In this document: positions 21,748 to 28,818 of the stretch, one piece after another
How positions within the stretch are numbered: the stretch's first letter is position 1
Layout: every line of letters begins with the position of its first letter
Assembly: GCA_965224485.1 (NCBI GenBank)
Contig: CBDCZH010000008.1
Span: 1-33,356 of the forward strand
Direction of reading: 5' to 3'
From: Arcobacteraceae bacterium
GTDB lineage: Bacteria; Campylobacterota; Campylobacteria; Campylobacterales; Arcobacteraceae
Length of the DNA: 33,356 nucleotides
The notes under the pieces: model-generated
Seen by the model: only the letters and a program-made list of their open reading frames with translations
What the model was told of the DNA's origin: nothing
Database searches by the model: none
Program-made: the position numbers and the translations under genes

Positions 21748-22080
21748 TTATGCTCTTTGTAATTTGTCTTGTAAAAAGTCTGAAAATGAATTTAGAACGA
21801 CTTGTGAATCTTTATTTATAAATACAGAAATCCCTATATTTTTTAACTCTTTAAGTACTAAACCTTCACTAGAAGGCACAATGATTACTGAATATTGTTT
21901 ATTTTTTAACTCTTTTAAAAATTCTTTATCATTTTTGTATGTATAATTTTTTACTATTTCAACAGAAATTATATTTTGTCCTTTTACACTTAAGACAGTC
22001 AAATACTCTGCTTGTTTAAATGATTTGGCACTGTGGGAGATATAAGACATTTTTTCTTTTGTGGGGAATACAATTCTCAC
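21748..22080 (-). CDS. NifB/NifX (FeMo-cofactor-binding-like) domain protein, degenerate
   Basis: MRIVFPT N-terminal strand and LKNIGISVF...FLQDKL C-terminus match the family pattern; GTG start with AAGGA SD; canonical HFG motif absent. Confidence 0.65.
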   Translation of the reverse strand: MRIVFPTKEKMSYISHSAKSFKQAEYLTVLSVKGQNIISVEIVKNYTYKNDKEFLKELKNKQYSVIIVPSSEGLVLKELKNIGISVFINKDSQVVLNSFSDFLQDKLQRA

Positions 22081-22109
22081 GATTTTCCTTAAAAATAGCA
22101 GTTAAATTT

Positions 22110-22277
22110 AAAAAATTTGCAAAAACTATAAAATATATATTAATGAAGTTGTTTTTGCAAAAATATTTACATCTGGGCTAAAGAGGAGAAACAATATTAA
22201 ACGTCATTTAATATAAAGTCCAAATGCAAATTTATAATTCATAGCCTAACTATTTAAGCTAGTGCTTATGAACATAT
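22110..22277 (-). ncRNA. Candidate structured RNA (sRNA or attenuating 5' leader)
   Basis: Starts at the predicted +1 of a consensus promoter. Three stems, two with G-U pairs only on the minus strand, an unpaired UUUCUCCUCUUU tract, and a final stem plus U6. Confidence 0.55.
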
Positions 22278-22308
22278 GACCGTATTGTATCAAAGTGATG
22301 AACATATG
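22268..22308. promoter_or_regulatory. Two direct repeats ATGAACATATG, putative operator
   Basis: Identical 11-mers at 22268-22278 and 22298-22308 (30-bp period) overlapping the +1 and the -35/spacer of the minus-strand promoter. Confidence 0.65.
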
Positions 22309-22312
22309 TCAA
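22284..22312 (-). promoter_or_regulatory. Near-consensus sigma70 promoter
   Basis: TTGACA (22312-22307), 17-bp spacer, extended TGa-TACAAT (22289-22284). Confidence 0.8.
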
Positions 22313-22366
22313 GTATAACTTGTTAATTATTTAAAAATATGCTAAACTTTTTAAAAGGAAGAGTGT

Positions 22367-22954
22367 ATGCCTAGAGAAAAACTTCAAAGAGAACTTAATT
22401 TAAAATTTAGATGTAAGTATTTTGGTCCAAAAGATAATGAGTCTTTTGAAGATATAGTTTTATTACATGAAGAAATAGAAGCTATACAGCTTATGGATTT
22501 ATTACATATGTATCAAGAAGATGCTGCTAAAAAAATGCATATTTCAAGACCTACTTTTGCAAGAATTATTAAAAGTGCAAGAAAAAAAATAGCCCTAGCT
22601 TTAGTTTCTGGAATGAATCTTAAAATCCATGAAAATAAAAATGATTTTAATATTGCTATTTGTTCTAATAAAAAAGATGAATTAGAAGATATTTCAATAT
22701 CATCTGCTTATATTTTAATTTTTCAAATTAAAGATTATAAATTAAAATCACAAATGCTAATAAATAACCCTATTTATACAGATAATTTTAAACCAAGTGT
22801 TATTTTGCCAAATCTATTAGTAGAACATGATATTAACTATTTTATAACAAATAAAATAGGGGTTGGTTTAAAAAATTCATTAATTACAAAAGGTATTTAC
22901 CCTATATTAAAAGATACTTTAAGTATCTCTAAGATTATAGAAGTATTTACATAA
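22367..22954 (+). CDS. DUF134 (UPF0251) HTH protein fused to a NifB/NifX-like domain
   Basis: MPR start and EEIEAIQLMD...QEDAAKKMHISRPTFARIIKSARKKIA HTH; C-terminal INYFITNKIGVG...KGIYPI; candidate TGc-TAAACT -10 at 22340-22348. Confidence 0.85.
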   Translation: MPREKLQRELNLKFRCKYFGPKDNESFEDIVLLHEEIEAIQLMDLLHMYQEDAAKKMHISRPTFARIIKSARKKIALALVSGMNLKIHENKNDFNIAICSNKKDELEDISISSAYILIFQIKDYKLKSQMLINNPIYTDNFKPSVILPNLLVEHDINYFITNKIGVGLKNSLITKGIYPILKDTLSISKIIEVFT

Positions 22955-22975
22955 AAACAATTATTTAGGAAAAGT

Positions 22976-23473
22976 ATGAAAAAATTATATATTATGCGCC
23001 ATGCAAAATCACAATTACATGATGAAACATTAGATGATTTTGATAGAGATCTAAATACAAGAGGTTTAAAAAATGCAGCTTTTATGGCTAAACTTTTAAA
23101 GAAAAAAGAAAATAAAATTGATTTAATAATTTCAAGTCCAGCAAAAAGAGCAATAAATACTGCAAGTATTGTTGCAAAAGAGCTAAATTATGAAAAAATA
23201 ATACAAGAAAATCAATATATTTATGAGGCTTATGTAAATACATTAGAAGAGATAGTTTCATATATACATGATACAAATGATATTGTTTTGTTAGTAGGTC
23301 ATAATCCTGGTATTTCAGGACTTGCTTATATGCTTAGTTCATCAAAAGAAACCTTTGTTACATCAGCATTTATAGAAATAGAATTCTCTTGCGATTCATG
23401 GATGGATGTTTCAAAACAGAATTCAAAAGTGCTATCTTATGAGTTTCCTAAAAAATATGAAACTATTAGCTAA
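22976..23473 (+). CDS. sixA: Phosphohistidine phosphatase SixA family
   Basis: MRHAKS, SSPAKRA and LVGHNP motifs. Confidence 0.88.
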   Translation: MKKLYIMRHAKSQLHDETLDDFDRDLNTRGLKNAAFMAKLLKKKENKIDLIISSPAKRAINTASIVAKELNYEKIIQENQYIYEAYVNTLEEIVSYIHDTNDIVLLVGHNPGISGLAYMLSSSKETFVTSAFIEIEFSCDSWMDVSKQNSKVLSYEFPKKYETIS

Positions 23474-23493
23474 ACATATATTTGTTTAGCTAA
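23466..23493 (+). terminator. Hairpin at the sixA stop, probable terminator
   Basis: TTAGCTAAACA-TATATT-TGTTTAGCTAA perfect 11-bp IR; no clean U-tract. Confidence 0.55.
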
Positions 23494-23525
23494 AACTTCT
23501 TCTCTTCAATTGTAAAAAAATAAAC

Positions 23526-23566
23526 TTGATAAAAATCATTTAAATAAAAAATCATTCCATTATACT
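23526..23566 (+). promoter_or_regulatory. Crp/Fnr (Nss-type) box with class II promoter
   Basis: TTGAT-AAAA-ATCAT at 23526-23539 (one mismatch to TTGAT-N4-ATCAA) and -10 TATACT at 23561-23566; box centre about -41. Confidence 0.6.
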
Positions 23567-23595
23567 TACAAAAAATAAATAAGGAATATAATTTT

Positions 23596-24567
23596 ATGAT
23601 TGATAATATAAGTGATTTAAATAATTTTGAAGAAGGTCATCCTGTTAGAGTATATTTAGAAGAAAATATTTTAGTTAAAGAACTATTTGAGGAACTTTTT
23701 AAAACTGATATAAAAGAAGATTTTCAAAAGTTTTTTAATATTTTCAATAATTTATGTGAGGTTGAAAAACATTTTGCAAGAAAAGAAAATCAACTTTTTC
23801 CATACTTAGAGAAATATAACTGGACAAGTCCAAGTCAAAATATGTGGGCATTTCATGATCAAATAAGAGATGAGATTAAACATATAAGAAAAACAATCGC
23901 TGCAAAAGTTTTTGATAATGTTTTAAATGATTGTATACAATTGTTTAATTCACTAACTCACCTAGCACAAGTAGAAGAACAAAGATTATTACCAAATGCT
24001 TTAAATTTATTAAGCGAAGATGACTGGAAAGATATGAGAGATGGTGATGCTGAAATTGGTTGGATGTTTTCAACTCCACCAGCTAAATATCCAAAAGAAG
24101 CTGAGTATGTTCACCCAAGTGAAGATAAAAAAAGAAGAAAACTTCCTTTTAGCACGGAAGATAGATTTCATTATGATGAGGGTTATTTAACACCAGAACA
24201 TGTTAACTTTATTTTTAAATTTTTACCTATTGATATTACTTATGTTGATGAGAATGATATTGTAATTTTTTATAATAGAGGAGATGAAAGAGTTTTCCCA
24301 AGAAGTGCTGGAATTATTGGAAGAGAAGTTAAGTTTTGTCACCCACCCAAAAGTGTAGATCAAGTTCTTAAAATATTAGAAGAGTTTAAAGCTGGACGTC
24401 AAGATACAGCAGAATTCTGGATTCCATTTAAAGATAAGTTTATTCATATTAGATATTTTGCAATAAGAGATGAAGAAAAAAATTACAAAGGTGTAATTGA
24501 AATGTCTCAAGATGTAACAGATATTAGAAAACTAGAAGGAAGCAAAAAACTATTAGATTGGGCGTAA
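23596..24567 (+). CDS. Hemerythrin-like (HHE) plus PAS domain protein (DUF438-type)
   Basis: GHPV, HFARKENQLFPYLE, MWAFHDQIR and EEQRLLP diiron-like motifs; PAS segment ITYVDEND...FPRS...CHPPKS. Confidence 0.85.
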   Translation: MIDNISDLNNFEEGHPVRVYLEENILVKELFEELFKTDIKEDFQKFFNIFNNLCEVEKHFARKENQLFPYLEKYNWTSPSQNMWAFHDQIRDEIKHIRKTIAAKVFDNVLNDCIQLFNSLTHLAQVEEQRLLPNALNLLSEDDWKDMRDGDAEIGWMFSTPPAKYPKEAEYVHPSEDKKRRKLPFSTEDRFHYDEGYLTPEHVNFIFKFLPIDITYVDENDIVIFYNRGDERVFPRSAGIIGREVKFCHPPKSVDQVLKILEEFKAGRQDTAEFWIPFKDKFIHIRYFAIRDEEKNYKGVIEMSQDVTDIRKLEGSKKLLDWA

Positions 24568-24660
24568 AAATCGTAGATTTTTACGTGAAGAACTAAAAGT
24601 GAAAAGTGAATAATTAAAAAAATTCATTATTCACTATTCTTTGTCCTAAACATTATTCAT
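24563..24660. repeat. Hairpin plus heptamer-type intergenic element related to 12481-12598
   Basis: CGTAAAAATC-GTA-GATTTTTACG (24563-24585), AAAAGTG x2, and ATTATTCACTATTC (24626-24639) identical to 12569-12582. Confidence 0.6.
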
Positions 24661-25904
24661 TATAACAGTTGTCCCGCTAAATTCCCACTAGAAAAAGACC
24701 ATTGTAAATTATAACCTCCACAAGGGCCATCTAAATCTACAACTTCTCCACAAAAATATAAACCATCTACTATTTTACTTTGCATTGTTTTTTGGTCTAT
24801 TTCTTTAAGCCTTACTCCACCTCTTGTAATCATTGCTTGCTTGAAGCCTACGTGGTCAACTATAGTTAAAGGAGTATTTATAAGAATTTTTATGAACTCA
24901 TCTCTTAGAGCTCCGTTTAAGCTTTTAAAGCTAGATGAAACATCAGCTTTTACTATTTTTGCTAACTCTTTGATAATAGAAGTTGGTAATAAAGAGCTTA
25001 GAGTATCTATTATATTTATATCTTTATCTTTTGAAACTTCATTTTTAATATGAAGTCTTAAATCTTCTTCATTCATACCTTTTAACATATGTACAAGTAT
25101 TGGCACTTCTTTATATTGTTCTAAGAAAGGTGTGATTTCTCTTGAAAAATCAAGAATAACAGGACCTCTTATTCCTTTTGAAGTAAAAATCAAATCACCT
25201 ATAGCTTTTAATTTCTTTGCTTTTTTTAAATCAATTCTTAAAACAGCTTTAGGAATTGTATCAGCCTTGCAAGCAGCAACCCAAGTCTCTTTTGTAATTA
25301 AAGGTAACATAGCTGGATATAAATCAGTAACCTTATGTCCTAAATCTTTTGCAAAAGTATATCCATCCCCATTAGCACCTAAAGTAGGAAAACCTAAACC
25401 ACCAGTTGCTACAATTATTTTAGATGCTAAGTATTTAATACTTTGTTCTTCTTGTGTACATAAAACACCAGCAATTTCTTCTTTTTCTAAGAGTAATTTT
25501 TCAACTTTTGTATTTGTAATTATTTTAACTTTTTGGTTTATTAATTCATCTTCTAATGCTTTTATAATAGTTGCAGAGTTATGAGTTACTGGAAAAATTC
25601 TAAAACCATCAGGAATATGAGTTTCAACACCAATATTTTTTAAAAAAATTTGCAAGTCTTTTGAGTTAAATACATTTAAAGCATCAGACATAAATCTTCC
25701 GTTTCGTCCAAAAGAGTTCATAAAATCTTCATTGCTTAAAGTATTTGATAAGTTACATCGTCCACCACCTGTTGCTTTAAGTTTTGGACCTAGTTTGTTT
25801 TGTTGCTCTAAGAGTAAAACGTTTTTTTTATTTCGTGAGGCTATGATTCCTGCTATCATTCCAGCAGCACCAGAACCTATTATTATTACATCATATTTAT
25901 TCAT
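24660..25904 (-). CDS. HI0933/BaiN family flavoprotein
   Basis: IIGSGAAG, TGGGRCNLSN, ATGG, TRGGV and GEVVDLDGPCGGYNLQ motifs. Confidence 0.93.
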   Translation of the reverse strand: MNKYDVIIIGSGAAGMIAGIIASRNKKNVLLLEQQNKLGPKLKATGGGRCNLSNTLSNEDFMNSFGRNGRFMSDALNVFNSKDLQIFLKNIGVETHIPDGFRIFPVTHNSATIIKALEDELINQKVKIITNTKVEKLLLEKEEIAGVLCTQEEQSIKYLASKIIVATGGLGFPTLGANGDGYTFAKDLGHKVTDLYPAMLPLITKETWVAACKADTIPKAVLRIDLKKAKKLKAIGDLIFTSKGIRGPVILDFSREITPFLEQYKEVPILVHMLKGMNEEDLRLHIKNEVSKDKDINIIDTLSSLLPTSIIKELAKIVKADVSSSFKSLNGALRDEFIKILINTPLTIVDHVGFKQAMITRGGVRLKEIDQKTMQSKIVDGLYFCGEVVDLDGPCGGYNLQWSFSSGNLAGQLL

Positions 25905-25919
25905 AATGCAATAATAACA
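25905..25919 (-). promoter_or_regulatory. Extended -10 for a leaderless HI0933 transcript
   Basis: TGt-TATTAT (25919-25911), 6 nt, then ATG (25904); no SD. Confidence 0.55.
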
Positions 25920-25951
25920 AAAAAATCACTCTTTAGTATAGATTATAAGAT

Positions 25952-27532
25952 CTAATTTGTATAAAGAACTACTTTATTTCGTCCCGTACCTTTTGCTTTA
26001 TATAAAGCTTGATCTGCTTTTTCAATTGCATCTTCAAGATTTAAAGAAGAATCAATATTTTTCATATAAAAAACACCTATACTACAAGTGCATTTTAAAG
26101 AATATTCACTTGTTTTAATATCTAAATTCTCTACATTAGCTCTAATTCTTTGAGCTATATTAAAAGCAAAGTCTTCATTTGTATCTTCTATAAAAACTAC
26201 AAACTCTTCACCTCCATAACGCCCTGCTACATCTGTATTTATAATAGAAGTTTTAATAGTATTTGCAACCATTTCAATAGCAACATCTCCTGTTTGATGT
26301 CCATAATTATCATTGATTTTTTTAAAAAAATCAATATCTATCATTAAAGCTGCAATATGTTTATTTGTTTGAAGCGAATGATTAAACTTTTCTTCAGATA
26401 AACGCATTAATTCACGCCTATTATAAAGTTTTGATAATATATCTATTGTTGATTGAACAGTAAGCTCATCAATTACATTTTTTAGTACATCAGACATAGA
26501 GTTAAAAGAATGAGTTAAGTCTCTTAATTCACACGTAGCATGAGTAATAAGAGAAGAATTAATTTTATGTCCATAATCACCATCTTCGATTTTTTGAGAA
26601 CCTGTTAATAAAAACTGTAAAGGTTTAACAATTTTATTTGAAAAACCTAAAATCATAGGAGTTACTAAAATAAGTAAAATGATTATAAAAATAATTATAT
26701 AAGTAATAAATTGTTCAAACATTTCATACATTTCATTTTGAGAAATTTGAGCAATTATATACCATCTATCAAAGTTTGTTTTTATATTGGCCCCTAAAAC
26801 TTCATTTTTGGAATAAGAAGTATAAAAACCATTTTTAATTTGTGTATTAGAAATATGAGATAATAATTTTACATTTTTATCAAATTTTCTTTTTGTTAAA
26901 AGTTGATTATTTTTATTTACAATAAATGTTTCACCAGTTTTACTAAATCTAAAACTCTCAACAATAGCTTGAATACTACTTAATCTAACGGCAGCTACAA
27001 CTAAAGCTGTAACTTCATTATATTCATCAAAAACAGGAGAAGTGAAATGAATTACGGGAATGTTTTCATTTTTATTTATTTCTGCTTTACTTATAGTATC
27101 AATACCCTCAATAGCCTCTTTAAAAAAATCTTTATCTGCATAATATTGTTTTTTCTCAAAAGTAGTATCTAAAAGTGTTTCTCCTTTTAAATTAACTAAA
27201 GAAACAAAATAAAATTCACTTTGATTATTTACAAAGGTTTCAAAATTATTTTTAACACGTTTTAAATTGCCCTCTTTTACATCAAAACCAGAAGCTAAAA
27301 TTCTGATATCTAATTCTCTTTCATTTAACCATTTCTCAACTGCTAAATTTTGCATTTTTACTATTGAATTTAACTCTTTTACATAAGTAGTTTTTATTTG
27401 TGATTTTGTCATAAACATTAAAAATATAGAGATTATTAAAACTACAAAAAGAATTAGATTAATTATAAACATTCTTAATCTACCCTTTAAGGTATCAGTT
27501 TTAAAGATTTTGTCTAATTTACTCATATCCAA
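25952..27532 (-). CDS. Membrane diguanylate cyclase (TM-dCache-TM-HAMP-GGDEF)
   Basis: Two TM helices flank a roughly 230-aa periplasmic Cache-like region; HAMP (KPLQFL...ELRDLTHSFNSM); DIDFFKKINDNYGH and GRYGGEEF. Start is TTG 27532 or ATG 27526. Confidence 0.92.
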   Translation of the reverse strand: MDMSKLDKIFKTDTLKGRLRMFIINLILFVVLIISIFLMFMTKSQIKTTYVKELNSIVKMQNLAVEKWLNERELDIRILASGFDVKEGNLKRVKNNFETFVNNQSEFYFVSLVNLKGETLLDTTFEKKQYYADKDFFKEAIEGIDTISKAEINKNENIPVIHFTSPVFDEYNEVTALVVAAVRLSSIQAIVESFRFSKTGETFIVNKNNQLLTKRKFDKNVKLLSHISNTQIKNGFYTSYSKNEVLGANIKTNFDRWYIIAQISQNEMYEMFEQFITYIIIFIIILLILVTPMILGFSNKIVKPLQFLLTGSQKIEDGDYGHKINSSLITHATCELRDLTHSFNSMSDVLKNVIDELTVQSTIDILSKLYNRRELMRLSEEKFNHSLQTNKHIAALMIDIDFFKKINDNYGHQTGDVAIEMVANTIKTSIINTDVAGRYGGEEFVVFIEDTNEDFAFNIAQRIRANVENLDIKTSEYSLKCTCSIGVFYMKNIDSSLNLEDAIEKADQALYKAKGTGRNKVVLYTN

Positions 27533-28562
27533 CTTCTTTCATAAGTTTAACAGCTTTAACTCTTAACTCTCCAGCTTTTTTTACATTAATAGTCATTTGT
27601 TTAAATTTACCCCATTCTCGTAGTATCTTATGGGCTTTAACTCTTCTATTAACTGGATATTCCATATCAACATCAGCAAAAAGTTTTTGCCCTTTTTTAG
27701 AACTTAACCATTCTACTAATTTAATAGCATTTTTCTTTCTTTTTGCATATCTTGTAATTCCTAAACCAGAAATATTTACATGAACTCTATTTTGCTCATC
27801 CCCTACCCAATGCATCTTTACAGGTAAACTAGGGTCATCTTTTAGCATTTTTGCTAGATAATATGAATTAACAAGTCCAATGTCACCCTTTCCTTCTATA
27901 ATATATTTAATTACATCTACATCAGTACTTATAGGTTTAACGGCAAAGTTATTTACCCAAGAAGCAACAATTTTTTTTGTTTTGTTATAACCATATTGAG
28001 CTATCATCATAGCAACCATTGATTTATTATATATTCTTTGAGAAGTTCTAACTATTAATTTATTATGCCACCTTTTATCACCAATTGAAGAATAATTTTT
28101 TAATGATGTGGGATCAACTGTATTAGTATTATAAACAATAGTTCTAACTCTTAGAGATAAACCAAACCACTGCCTTGAAGGATCTTTTAAGTGAGAAGGA
28201 ATATTTTTATTTAATATTCGAGATCTAATTGTTTGGAAAATACCAATTTGTTGAGCTTCATACAAATCACTAGCATCAACAGCTAATAAAGCATCAACTT
28301 GTGTTTCATTGGACTGTTCTTTAATCATATGCATAGCTTGAGTTGAATCCATAATTACATATTTAACTTCAATTCCGGTATCTTTTGTAAATTCTTCAAA
28401 AATCGGTTTTATTAAATATTCCTGTCGTGCAGATACAACATTAACATAATTGTCATCATTTGCATAAGTATATGTCATAAATAAGATATTTGCTAATAAT
28501 AATACTATTGTAATCTTACCTGTGCAAAAAAATGGTTTTTTAATTTTATTATAATCTTTCAT
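27519..28562 (-). CDS. Periplasmic Fe(III)-binding protein, FbpA/FutA-like
   Basis: Signal peptide; SARQEYLIKPIF, WFGLSLRVR, IYNKS, VNSYY tyrosine pair, HVNISG and EYPV motifs. Confidence 0.87.
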   Translation of the reverse strand: MKDYNKIKKPFFCTGKITIVLLLANILFMTYTYANDDNYVNVVSARQEYLIKPIFEEFTKDTGIEVKYVIMDSTQAMHMIKEQSNETQVDALLAVDASDLYEAQQIGIFQTIRSRILNKNIPSHLKDPSRQWFGLSLRVRTIVYNTNTVDPTSLKNYSSIGDKRWHNKLIVRTSQRIYNKSMVAMMIAQYGYNKTKKIVASWVNNFAVKPISTDVDVIKYIIEGKGDIGLVNSYYLAKMLKDDPSLPVKMHWVGDEQNRVHVNISGLGITRYAKRKKNAIKLVEWLSSKKGQKLFADVDMEYPVNRRVKAHKILREWGKFKQMTINVKKAGELRVKAVKLMKEVGYE

Positions 28563-28577
28563 CTAACCTCATTATTT

Positions 28578-28592
28578 TGATAATCATTATCA
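28578..28592. promoter_or_regulatory. Fur box
   Basis: Perfect 7-1-7 TGATAAT-C-ATTATCA, 15 nt upstream of the Fe-binding protein ATG, over the likely -10/+1 region. Confidence 0.85.
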
Positions 28593-28762
28593 TATAACTT
28601 TAATTCTTTATCTTTTATAAAAATTATTAAATATTAGGAGAAATTTTGTATTATTCAAAAATAAAACTTTCTAGTTTTATTTTTTTGCATTAAAGAAGAG
28701 AAAAAAGAAGTTAAAAATTTTAAGTTTTTGGATTTTATTAGAAATTGAGTACTATTAAGTAG

Positions 28763-28812
28763 CAAGTAGCAAAGAAATTGCTACTTGAAAATACTAGTAT
28801 TAATGTAATACT
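28763..28812 (-). terminator. Tandem hairpins downstream of the CsgG-like gene
   Basis: CAAGTAGCAA-AGAAA-TTGCTACTTG (28763-28787) and AGTATTA-ATG-TAATACT (28796-28812). Confidence 0.55.
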
Positions 28813-28818
28813 TATACT

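Noticed and set aside
22204..22206. Selenocysteine read-through of the UGA in the small ORF
   Set aside because: No redox motif or recognisable selenoprotein context and no convincing SECIS-like hairpin at the proper distance.
21748..22954. Nitrogen fixation locus
   Set aside because: NifB/NifX-like domains are common in non-diazotrophs and no nif structural genes are present.
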